Positions 13,401 to 23,507 of a stretch of 64,000 nt of DNA are shown here, piece after piece. Every line of letters begins with the position of its first letter. Position 1 is the stretch's first letter. Position numbers and translations under genes: made by a program. This stretch comes from Marsupella aquatica. Its lineage: Eukaryota > Plantae > Marchantiophyta. The notes beneath the pieces are model-generated. The model did not search any database. It worked only from the letters and a program-made list of their open reading frames with translations, and was not told the origin of the DNA. The stretch lies in NCBI GenBank assembly GCA_973895155.1, contig OZ316893.1, positions 23,272,015-23,336,014 on the forward strand, read 5' to 3'.

Positions 13401-13681
13401 GACTTATCACTGAAATGGGATTGCCACAGGGGAATGTGAAGCTCCATTGTGATAGTCAAAGTGCGCTCCACCTTGCTGTGAACCAGGTGATGGACAGCAG
13501 AGTGAAGCACATTGACGTTAGGTACCATTTTATCAGGCAGGCTGTGTCTGATAATTTGTTTGAGCTAGTCAAGATTGATGGTAAACTCAACCCGGCTGAC
13601 GCATTTACCAAAGTGATTCCTTTGGAGAGTTTCTCTAGACACCGTGACGTATTGCAGGTTTTGCAATTGCATCACAAGTAG
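10409..13681 (+). CDS. pol: Copia Pol (protease, integrase, RT, RNase H), same frame as gag, open from the codon after the gag stop
   Basis: WILDCACSFH (PR), LWHSRLGH..CEHC, HSDVWGP, LRSDNGGEY, PQQNGVAERLNRTL (IN), LYVDDML (RT), GYVDSDY..RSTTGY and KHIDVRYHFIR (RH). Confidence 0.95.
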   Translation, partial: SRGYALCTSSRRADDVWILDCACSFHICYIREFFSSYSISNGSVLMGNDHSCQIEGIGSVKIQMFDGAVRTVSGVRYVPGMRKNLISLGVLDSNGHQWSVIDGELQVRSGETVILKGSRQKNLYVLQGNTVCGEANVTKSHEEMTQLWHSRLGHMSEKGLAILRKNGLISDLQSCKLEFCEHCILGKQHRRAFGVGTHRSKAVLEYIHSDVWGPSPTPSHSGKLYYVSFIDDYSRFVWIYFMTHKSDVLSIFKKWKAQVENQTGNTIKCLDTRVKSLRSDNGGEYTSMEFEEYCSEQGITRHLIIVYTPQQNGVAERLNRTLLERSRSMLSQSGLPQEFWAEAINTAAYLVNLSPSSAINFKTPFEMRYKRQADYHGLVVFGSDAYALTPKQNRTKLDPTSKKCVFLGYQSGVKAYRLWDPIACKLVVSRDVSFNESRLLKEGENTQVSRTDKGKSPIPDLVEGEIGYEVHDRREGVAPIMELVPVPEEPEEFVDAGEQQVDVVELQIVPAHADQPESSARRTSGRTVRAPPRYGQWVDSSQLQEDDFTADDEGDALILEEGEPSSFHEASASKEKQKWTAAMQTEMQSLKDNKTWELVKLPKGQQVVDSKWIYKLKDNSIGGGSKVYKARLVAKGFTQEKGVDYNEVFSPVAKYSTIRLLCVLVVIFGLLLDQMDVVTAFLYGTLEEVIFMRQPLGFVKRGQEELVCRLLKSLYGLKQSPRQWNKRFDDWIRSQGFHRSVFDPCVYLKPVKNVVFGFIVLVLYVDDMLIAAKDRSEIVKLKALLSVEFKMKDLGPAKRILGMEITRDLEAGKLWLTQSSYARKVIARFNMGNSKPISTPLAPHFKLSSAFCPTDDTEKGLMSKVPYDKAVWSLMYLMTCTRPDLAMAMGKVSRYMSNPGKVHWEAVKWIIRYLKGTVDHGLLFDANAKNAKSLIGYVDSDYGQDLDRRRSTTGYVFTLGGGCISWRSTLQKCIAQSTTETEYVAAAEAAKEAIWLDRLITEMGLPQGNVKLHCDSQSALHLAVNQVMDSRVKHIDVRYHFIRQAVSDNLFELVKIDGKLNPADAFTKVIPLESFSRHRDVLQVLQLHHK

Positions 13682-13860
13682 AGTTTTCTTAACATTCATT
13701 GTAATTACTGATATATGCTCTTCCTCATTCCTATGTATTAGGCTACGGCTTAGTTCTGGTTTGCTCTAGTTAGAGAGGGAAACCGGTTTGGTTTTTGTCC
13801 AGAACTTCCCGCTGAGGGATCATATACATTGGCAGTATTACTCTCCCCTAGACCAGAGTC

Positions 13861-13870
13861 AAGGGGAAGA
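13861..13870 (+). promoter_or_regulatory. Copia polypurine tract
   Basis: AAGGGGAAGA, 1 nt before the 3' LTR. Confidence 0.9.
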
Positions 13871-13871
13871 T

Positions 13872-14256
13872 TGTTGGGTATTTACTCTTACGTCTAGGTT
13901 AGGTATGACGTGGTTGGTACAACAACGTGGGTTGGTACAACTATGTGGTTAGGTACAACTACGTGATTAGGTACAACTATGTGGTTAGGTACAACTAAGT
14001 TGCACACTATATCATAAGAGGCATGTGTGTTTGGAGAGGAAGGACCAAGGCTCATTGTTATGGAGCCACTTGAGAGATAGGGAGAGCTTACACTGTGGAG
14101 ACTCGGTATAGCCGACGGGCTTAGAGTTCAGTAAAGCTCTCTTGTGTGTTCCCGTGGACGTAGCCTCAAGGAGGTGAACCACGTATCTCTTGTGTCGACT
14201 ATTGTGCGTTGGATGGTTCATGGGCTTGCCGTTGCGATCGTCGTCTATGCTCAACA
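13872..14256 (+). repeat. Copia 3' LTR
   Basis: 385-bp direct repeat of 8469-8853. Confidence 0.97.
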
Positions 14257-15234
14257 TCTAGGCCAAAATGTCACATTCACCCTCATTAGGAACTACAAAG
14301 ATAGACTGCATAACAACAACATAATCCTTGACCCAAATGGTAACCTCAACAAATGGCATTTGAGTTGTGGCAGTATGGACTAGATGAAACTGCTCATCAG
14401 GATCTTTGGTACTCAAATAGGCTACTATGAAGCCCATGAAAGATTTGGCTGCGTTAAACACATTTAGCTTGTAAGGGTGGGCAATCACATCCCACCAAGG
14501 AATCCACCAAGAATAAATCAAAACAATAAACGTGAGCCCATGTCCCAACAACCAACGATTTGTGGCTACATTGGGAACTCCCGTCAACTATCTTCTTGCA
14601 CACATTCTCATCCAAGAGCAGCCGCGTACATCCATGTTAGTAGAACTTGCGGGGTCAAAATGGACCATGAAGGCCTTCATGGGACCGAATGATTATGTAC
14701 CATTTTTGACACACTCCCTGACATCTCTAATAGTGGAAACCGTCTCCATGAAAGTTTGCTGGTTGTGTTGTACGCAGGAGACCTTGTCACTACACATCAA
14801 CGGCAAAAACATGGAAGAGAGTGAAATGCCAGTTCCCGATGTGTGCACAGTCCCGACATCTTTTTCTTTCAAAGAGACTTACACACAGGGAGAACACAAC
14901 AAAAACATCGTCTAGGTTAAACGCATAGCGTGATTGTGCTTCAAAATACAAAACTCAGTCAAAAGTGAAAGTAAAAGGTCAAGAAAAGTTATGCACATGC
15001 GCATGGGCACGGGCAGCGTTTACTCTAAACCTGGCCTGAAAAGTGACAAGGGGCTCTGCTTGGATGGGGAAACGCGAGGTCCTTCCGGTGGGTTGTGGGG
15101 GAAAATCGAGACATATTTAGTGCGTTTCCAGGGACTCGTGTCCGTGTATGGAATAGCAAGGGGGGCCAGAAATGTTTACATGCCTCCTGACATGCCTATA
15201 ACCTGCCTTCCTGATAACATTTACAAAGTGTGAA

Positions 15235-15635
15235 GTTTCAAACCTGGCAGACACCAATGAGGAGAGGGGGCATATCAGATGGCAGGGAGGCTGATTTGTT
15301 GGCAAACCTATGTCAAATGAGGTCTTGACCTGACCTGACCTGACCTGACCTGATGACCTCACATTGTGCCTGAACTCGGCAGTGTTCCATCCGTGGTAAT
15401 TACTACACTAGGTGCGATATCGGGCTTCGCAAACTGCATGCTACAGATTTTCAGTGTGGCAGTAGAACGGAATGGGAAGTTTCAAAGATGCCACGCATCA
15501 ATGGATGGAGAGGCTTGGGAGTCAGTCGGGAGGGTTGATGTGGTGCCTAGAACCTGTGTCACTTGAGGTTCTGACCTGACCAGACCAGACCAGACCAGAC
15601 CAGACTAGACCAGACCAGACCATCGGCTCATTTGT
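15235..15635 (+). repeat. Two diverged repeat modules ending in (GACCT)n / (GACCA)n pentamer runs; related copy at ~670-820
   Basis: ATGGATGGAGAGGCTTG(T/G)GAGTCAG and TGAGGT...TGACCTGACC are shared among ~695-820, ~15235-15365 and ~15470-15635 (the first block is exact only in the first and last copies). Confidence 0.7.
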
Positions 15636-16333
15636 GGGAAAAGACTTGGGTTCACCCCCAAACTTCCATTTCACCTGCAACTTTGTTGGAAATGTTTACG
15701 GTACCACTCCTACATTGTTGGCCCCATTTGGTGGTACAGTATGTGCGGAGGCCCTAGTGCCATCCAGGTTTGCGCAGTATTACTATCTTTTATTGCAGAA
15801 AATAACTCTATGCCAAAATATTATTCTCCTGATTTAGCTTTTTAATTTGAAAAATAATGTATGTATTGAAATATCAATTTTTGAAAAGTCAAGATACGTA
15901 AGATTACATCACAGAATTCTATTGAGATTTTACACACATCTAAAATATTTTGTCAGCCTGTCCAAAATCTTAGAAACACTTTATTTATTTGTTTATGGGG
16001 CATACTGGGATGGCACAACTATCTGTATCAAGAGTTAGGAACAACCCATTTGGACACAGGGCAGACTTCACATCCCCTTCCCTTCAATCTGAATGCCTTG
16101 ATTCTAGTGACAAATCATTGTTCATTTGACTACCCTTCCATTAAAGAAGTTGGCTAGCTTGTGGGATTGCATAAACTGTTGGGAGTATTGATGTTGTATT
16201 AGGGTGTCTCAAAGCTTGTTGAAGATAATAGCTTTTGGCCATAAACAAATAGTATTTTTGTACAAAAATTAGCAAAAGTTTGTTGTTATTGTTTTCACCA
16301 ATGACTTATGGTATAAACAATCTTTTCACTAGC

Positions 16334-16580
16334 CTCTAGAGTGGAAAATGAAACCTGGATAGACCCCTAGGTTGTCAACATGCTCCCATGGATGTTGCAA
16401 CTCAGATGGACCGCATTGTACTCACAATGTGACACAGAATATTCCCAATTATTCTGTCCCAAGTGTATGGTTTAGTCAGACCCCATTGTACTCACAATGT
16501 AACACAGAGTATTCCCAATTATTCCGTCCCGAGTGTATGGTTTAGTCTATGGTCCATGGGAGCATCATTTTACTCTAGAG
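16334..16580. repeat. MITE-like remnant: imperfect inverted repeats around a 70-bp tandem duplication
   Basis: CTCTAGAGTGGAAAATGA (16334-16351) versus TCATTTTACTCTAGAG (16565-16580); ATGCTCCCATGGA versus TCCATGGGAGCAT; 70-bp unit twice at ~16409-16548. Confidence 0.55.
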
Positions 16581-17568
16581 TGACTTATGGTCATGGTTTA
16601 TGAACAATGACAAAAAGTTATAGATAATGAATTTGGCACTCCATAACTTATTTTCCAGAATCTTAACCAATAAGTTAAGGTCATTACCTATTTTTGTTTG
16701 CAACCTATTGAACCCAAAATTGCCAAGATTGTTGACACTCCCAAAAGCTGCGCACACGTCCTTGAACGTGACCTAGTGCCCAATGGGATGTAATTAACAG
16801 AGAAGCTAATTAAGAACGTCACCCTGACTTACAAAAATAGTAGCCTTCAAAGAGGTTAAGGTGAGGTCCATGTTCCCTCGATCAACTTACGACAAGTCGA
16901 GCTCACCCAGAGGTCACAGCTGCCAAGTGCTGGAGTTGGAGCAATGTATGAAAATTTGTGAACGGGTTTTCTCAAACAAGCCAAATAGAATGTTGTCTGA
17001 TTCAGTTGGGGTACACTGCTCACAACCGATCAGAGACAACAATGCTATCAAACTTGATTGGTAATTTATTACATGAAAACAGGAAACCAATTCACCTGCT
17101 CCCCTGTTTTTTGCTAACAGTACCTCTTATTGGCTACCCTGCGTGTAAGCAGTAAGAATTTAGACACATTGAGAGAGTGTGTAGGACAAAATAACATCCA
17201 TTGTTGAAGGCCAATACCCAGTCCAGTCTCCTGATCAACTGTCTTGGACCAATCGGACGCAAAGGACCTTGCTCATAGCAGCCGCTAATCACCGAATCAA
17301 ACTCCTTCAAGATGCATCTAGAACGTGAATGCTCTAGTTTATGTGAGGAACTTAAAGATGAATGGTAGTGGACAGAAAAATGTGCTCTACGTTGGGGCGG
17401 GTTGGCACAGCCCAATTAAATGACTCTTGCTAATCGATAACTGTTCCCTCAATCCCTCAAATAAGGAAGACGAATCTCCTGAGGATAAATAGCATACGTG
17501 GACACTGAAATCCTCTTCGAAAATTGAAGAGGTGGACAAAAGCGAAATCCTAGACAACCTATGATGAG

Positions 17569-19263
17569 CTAGAATTCAGCATCCCAAGACTTTTCTGCGA
17601 TGAGCTTGGGCGATCTTCTGTCCTTCACATCAACGGAACCAATGATCTGCAGACACAACGAGAAACATTAATCCTGTCAGAAGAAACATATTTGAATTTG
17701 CAAACAGAAATAGCGCACAAGGGAGGAGACAGGGAAGCTTCTACGAGAGACCAAAAGACAACTGTAAGTGATACGACGGAATCCGGAGAATTCCACGAGA
17801 TCACAGACAAGGCAGATGAACAAAAAAACTGAGAAGGGACCATAGCTTTGGTTGTAATTGCTGTTGCTCACCAAGCACATTAGAGTCTTTGTACGTCTAA
17901 AGCGCTTTTCAACCATGTCAGTAACCTACGAAAATCTAAGGGACGAATACCGACTCAGAAGAGGAGAAGGGCACAACTCTAAACCAATGAGAAGGATACC
18001 TCACTCCCAATTAAAATTTGCAATATAACCTATAACTATTTGAGCAGGATGACAGGAAATTGTCATGTCATTCGGTCCTCACAATTCAGTAAAGTTCAGA
18101 AACAAGTATTACCGGAAGAACGACAAAACGAAGAAAGTGCTTACCTTAAAAGGTCCAAAGTACTTATCGTCTCTGATCCACTCTAGCCCCAACACAGTAT
18201 TGTTGGTGTCATATTGAGCTTTCAAATGATCTCCCCAGGGTAATTTCTTTCCTAACGCAAATTGCCAAGCATTCGTGTTGAAATCATAGCCTGGCTCCAC
18301 CGTTAGTTTCCACGGGTCATTCACGTAGGTGTACTTCAAGGACCCTCTTTCTGTGGCAAAACTGTACTTTGCAGTGACTTTATTTCGTGGATCCCATACG
18401 AATTGACCCTCGACAATGGTCGCATTTCGTTTCTGTGGGTGAATGTAGGTAAGCTTCAGGGGTTTCCCCATGACTGCCACTTGAGTGTGGAACTGGAACC
18501 GGGCGGACTGCACATAGAACAAGTCACAAAGTTCCAGTTAAAATGATAATCGAACTGCCATTAGGACTCCCATTCGTTTGCCAGATAGCGGTTTGCTACC
18601 TTGCCTCAAAGAAGGTGTATTTTGATGAAAGACGGAATGATGGATGGCGCTTAAAGTGAAGTCTCTTCCGGGACACCTTTTTGAATATGAACTCCCATCC
18701 TCTTGTTTGCATTTGTGCACTTCAATGTCTGTAAAAAGCACATTATTTCTTCCAGGCTAGGGCTATACAATCTATTCCCGACGGAACCACCAACCCTGAT
18801 ATTGGCCACCCTCGTCAATGGACAATCAGGACTGTGGTAGAGAACGAATAAATGCATGAATCTATGAAAGGGTTTTTAAGTGGAGCCTCTCATGGCAGCA
18901 CCTTTTGAGGAATTTCACACCTTCTTCCCTGATTCAATTTGCGCATTTGAAGGAAAGCAGAGTCGGAGAGTGGGAAGAAGGTGGGGAAAGAGGAAGAGGA
19001 AGAGGAAGCAGAGCACATTGTTACTTTACCTGGTGCGCCAAGTCATAATCAACCATGAAGTGCCCCGGTTTCTCGATGCCAAGCGACAAGCCCTCCAACG
19101 AAGGGCCATTGATGAATGTGGCATCCGTGAAGCTAGTCTTGAGTTTCACGTCCGCCACTCCCACGGCGAGCGTGAGCCCTGCCACATGCCCGCTCGAATC
19201 ATACCTCGCCTTCACCTGCGCCTTCGTCTTGTTGCCCGACTTGCTCGCCGGAGCGCTCACCAT
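17569..19263 (-). CDS. OEP24: Chloroplast outer envelope pore protein 24 (3 exons: 19263-19030, 18507-18145, 17646-17569)
   Basis: KARYD..DVKLKTSFTDATFINGPSLEGLSLGIEKPGHF | ARFQF..KPLKLTYIH..EPGYDFNTNAWQFA..LGLEW..FK | IIGSVDV..PKLIAEKSWDAEF* matches the OEP24 family. GT-AG junctions are in frame. Confidence 0.92.
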
Positions 19264-19862
19264 CCTGCCAAATGTAACTCTCTAGACCGCACCACCTCAA
19301 ACGACAACACTCTCTCTCTCCCACTTCACAATGCTTTGCGCTCGTCGACTCCAATCCAACCGAATCCGAGCCAACCCAATCCAATCCAGACGAACCCAAT
19401 CACATCAACATCACCCACATTGTCATGGCGATCTATCTAGGGATTCTAGGCTCTCCCCAGAGTCTTCCCGCTCAGTAATCCTCTCTCTCTTTCTCTGGGA
19501 GAGGGCGGAACATGCATGAATTCACACGCACCCCTTCTTCTCGGCCACCAAACCCCTTGGCCTGCAACGCAACGCAACCCAACCCAAGCGGACCCAACCC
19601 AGCGTTGGTCGTGCCGGAACAGAACGAAGGAATCAAGGACGGAACCTGAAGAAGAGGAAGAACCTGTTTGCTTTGGGCCAACAGAAAGAACAAGTCACGG
19701 ATTCAAATCCACAACCCAACAACCAAAGGATTCATAAAATAAGTAAATCATTCAAGGTCGCCAAACGGAAGTCGCGGCTCCGAGTCCAACGCTACAACCC
19801 ACCATTCCCCGACCTCAACCTCTGCCTTGTCCAATTCTCTCTCTCTCTCTCTGTCACGTCGT

Positions 19863-20344
19863 GACCCTACCCAACCCAAACGAAGGGGAAGGGCGACAGA
19901 CGGAGGCAGGGACAGGCAGGGACAGGCAGGGAGGGAGTAAAGGGCTGGAGGGAAGGGAAGGGAGGGACAGAGAGCGAGGGAGATAGGGAGATAGGGAGAT
20001 AGGGAGAAGGGAAGGGATGGAAAGGGTTGGAGGGACAGGAAAGGAAGGGAGGGAGGGAGGGAGGGAGGCAGGGGCAGGACTAGAGGGGCAGAGCCGGAGG
20101 AACAGGAAGGGAAGGGACAGGGAGAAAGAGAGGGGCAGGACTACCGGACAGGGAGAAGGGAGGGAGAGGCAGGGCTGGAGGAACAGGAAGGGAAGGGAGT
20201 TGGAGGGAGGGAAGGGCAGGACTAGGGGGACAGGGAGCAGGGAGGGAGAGGCAGGCGCTGGACGGAACAGGAAGGGAAGGGACAGAGAGGGAGGTAGGGA
20301 CAGACAGGACTCGGGTCAGACCCTACCAAATCCAAATGAAGGGG
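19863..20344 (+). repeat. Purine-rich low-complexity block bounded by an imperfect 26-bp direct repeat
   Basis: GACCCTACC(C/A)AA(C/T)CCAAA(C/T)GAAGGGG at both ends. Internal GGAACAGGAAGGGAAGGGA x3 and CAGGACT repeats. Confidence 0.7.
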
Positions 20345-20949
20345 TTGAAGAATCTTATTTATAAAACGTCAACTACAAGCTACTGTAGTTGTTGTCTAGG
20401 CTTCTAGAGTGAAGTCTCTAGACGGTAACTCCATGGCCCACCAGGTGAATGAGAAAAGTTATGGCTATGATGTATGTCATATGATAATTATCATGCATGT
20501 TTTTTGTCATGATTTTAATTTACATTCAAAAAATGTACTCTAGGGTCCCACCATAACATATGTGCATAAAAAGGAATATGGTATATTGTGTATGATTATT
20601 ATATTTTTATGATGACATGCACAATGGTTTTTTTATCATTTTATTAACATTCAAAGAATGTGAATTGTGAATATACTTTGGTGACATTTTTAATGTACTC
20701 TCTAATATTCATGTTCAAAGAACCAATAGTCAGGGCTAGATTTAATTGTTAGAAATACACTTACTCTAGTCCCAAAAACACAAACCAAGATACAATTGTC
20801 TGTATCACTTGATATTCGGGTCGCAAATACCTTGGTTTGGTTTGTGTTATGGCTCTACCAAAGTCATGACTAGGTGTGCATTTAACCTGAGGCAGGAAGG
20901 GAGAGGAGGGGGCGGGGAGGGGGGGGGGTGGTGGGAAGCGACAGGACTG

Positions 20950-20951
<2 letters not shown>

Positions 20952-20995
<44 letters not shown>
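20952..20995. repeat. (GA)22 microsatellite, with G-runs nearby (~20918-20928, 21115-21132)
   Basis: Direct reading of the sequence. Confidence 0.95.
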
Positions 20996-20997
<2 letters not shown>

Positions 20998-22441
20998 AAA
21001 CAAGGGAGAAGAAGATGAACGAAATGGTAGGGCCCAAGACTAGGGCGACAGGACGGGAAGGGAAGGGAGAGAGAAGGAACAAGACTGGTGGGACAGGGAG
21101 GGAAGGGAGAGGGAGGGGGGGGGGGGGGGGGGCAGGTAAGGACAGGATGAAGGGACAGGAGGTAGGGGGATATAATGGAGGCGCCCCAATGCCACTCTTC
21201 TCATTCAAATCTGGAACCAATCTCCCGATGGCTCCTAATTTTTGCTCTAATTGCATGAGAAATTGAAGCTCAAATGGACCTCAACATTGTCAGTGAAGCC
21301 TGGATGGACTTTGTCATACCGTCACATTTGACTAGCTTGGATAGGGCCTTTTACACTTTGACTCAAAAGTGACTCTAATTAAGCAACCGGGAGACCATAC
21401 CGTTTACTGTTTCATTTACTTTTATGACCCAATGTTCTGTAGCATCAGGTGCCGGGGGTTGAATGGGTCTCTTTGGCGGCTTGATGACCTGACAGCCTTG
21501 AACCTGAAAGACATCAAGACTTCATGCCTTTACCTGAGACCACTGGAGTTATCCTGTTCTCAGTTGGCCATTTTTTTCCAAGTGTTAAGTGACATTTTGA
21601 GTTATAATATATGACCATCTTTATGCTCATTAGCAATGCAGCAAATGATCTAAAACAGTCTCAACCCTTTTCAGCTAATAGATAGGCCATCAAAGAACAT
21701 GTTGGAAAATTTTGACTTAACCAGAGATTGAAATGTCCTCCAAATAAATGGACAAGTATGCCATATTCAAAGGTAAGGTTTTTATCACCAAACCATTGAC
21801 GACTTGATGATCTGTCAAGTTGTCAAGTCGCATCAAAACAGCCAGCTCTCATCCTCTCTATGGGAGAGATGGAGTGGCACTGATGCTTTCCAAAGGTTTG
21901 TCATCCATACTTAGCTGGTCGAGGGATAAATATTGGATTCCAGTGCAACTAAAGCTTGCAGCTACTGTAACAGTCCAGACAATTGTGATGGACCTTGTTC
22001 CCTCCCTGCTTCAGTTTCACTATTACCAGGTTACTGGTATTCTAAAGTTTATACTCCAATGGACCACCCTCAAGAACCTTGCAACCCAGATGGACCAGAT
22101 CACTTTTGACCCAAAAAAATGTGGATTGAATATGAAGGGAGAATATCCTTTGAGTACAATTTTTGGCAGTCAATCTGGTTGCACTCACCTGTCCATCCGG
22201 GTTTCATTTTGTCAAACATTTAGGTCCATGTTGCCTCTAATTTCTGGTACTCTAATGGCATGATTATTACTTAACTAGTTATTTAATCGCCTAATTGTCA
22301 CTTAATCATTGGTCTCCATCTGGAATCCATGGCCAGATTATCCCTTAATTTGTACCCTAATAGCACAATTAACAGTTAAGTAGTACTCTAATGGCATGGT
22401 CGTTAATTATTAGACCACTGGAGTTATCCTGTTCTCAGTTG

Positions 22442-23170
22442 ACTGGGCCAAAAAAGAGGGTCTATCTATTAGAAAACGTTGAGAAAAAGCACTAAGTGCA
22501 AACCCTCTTTTTTGGCCCAGTGGGCTCTTTTTCACCCACTAATCGGCCTAGTGAACCAGATGGGGTGGAAATTGGGCAATCGCCATGGGCTCTTTTTCAC
22601 CCACTAAACCGCCTAGTGAACTAGATGGAGAGGAAACTGGGCAATGGCCCTAGGCTCCTTTTTGCCCACTTTATCTTAGACGTATTTGCTGGGGCTCTTT
22701 TCCGCCGGCATCACTAAACTACACTTTACCTTAGAGCATCTGTACCGGGGCTCTTTTTTGCCCAGTGGGCTCTTTTTCGCCCAACAATCCACCTAGTAAA
22801 CCAGATGGGGTGCAAATTTGGGCAATCACCCAGGGCTCTGTTTAACTCACTAAACCGCTTAGTGAACTAGATGGAGAGAAAACTGGGCAATTGCCCTCCC
22901 CACTTGTAACCCATTTCTTTAAGTACTTAGAATTGAACTTCCAAATCCAAACTGATGAGGCCATCACCAAACCAGTTTGGTATTCAGACCTCCATTCTCA
23001 TAAAAAAACAAGATACATCCACATTGATTTGTATAGTGCAATTGAAGGCACACATGCATGATTTGAGGAATGGCGGTCAGTTTGGGGGCTCATAAGTGGA
23101 GTTGTGGACTCTCGATAGCAACATGGTCATCTCTGTTTCTATTGTTTGGGGACCTTCAGCCACCAAACTA
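22442..23170. repeat. 20-bp perfect inverted repeat followed by ~65-bp tandem units and a dispersed-repeat end
   Basis: ACTGGGCCAAAAAAGAGGGT (22442-22461) / ACCCTCTTTTTTGGCCCAGT (22502-22521). GGGCTCTTTTTCACCCACTAA..CCTAGTGAAC.AGATGG..TGGGCAAT units x4 plus partial units. Confidence 0.8.
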
Positions 23171-23507
23171 TTAGAAGGGCAACTATCGATAGAATATATG
23201 TACGTTATACAGACGAATCAGCTGAAGAAACTCCTCATAGGGAAGAGGATGACAGTTTAGTAGGATACGAATCGTCTAGATTAACCATCTTAGGAAATGG
23301 GGGAGATTGCGTAATTATGCTGCTACCAGTCAACTTTGTTTTAACAGACTGCAGGTGGAGCGCGATCGACAGAAACAGAATGATAAACAGAAACGAGCCT
23401 GATGTGATCTGCACAATAACAGGTATAATATTCATCATAAAAAAAGCAACAATCTCAGTTTCGATGTGAATCGATATTTTACTCTCCAGTTTCTGCAATA
23501 TACAATA

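Larger units (their letters stand above)
8469..14256 (+). mobile_element. Full-length young Ty1/copia LTR retrotransposon (Tnt1/Tork-like)
   Basis: 385-bp LTRs with TG...CA ends, 5-bp TSD TCTAG (8464-8468, 14257-14261), PBS, PPT and gag-PR-IN-RT-RH domain order. Only two C/T differences seen between the LTRs. Confidence 0.98.
1878..15140 (+). mobile_element. Decayed Mutator-like (MULE/MuDR-type) element with diverged terminal inverted repeats, carrying nested insertions
   Basis: ~1878-1986 is an inverted copy of ~15026-15140 (exact blocks GGCCTGAAAAGTGA, TGGATGGGGAAAC, TGGGTTGTGGGGGAAAA, CATATTTA). A MULE transposase pseudogene lies inside. Outer ends and TSD could not be resolved. Confidence 0.55.

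Noticed and set aside
17677-17926. Alternative last exon of OEP24 (VTDMVEKRF...)
   Set aside because: The exon at 17646-17569 gives the family C-terminus (PKLIAEKSW); this one has no similarity.
20017-21266. Arg/Gly/Glu-rich and Pro/Leu/Ser-rich ORFs
   Set aside because: They are translations of GA/G simple repeats.
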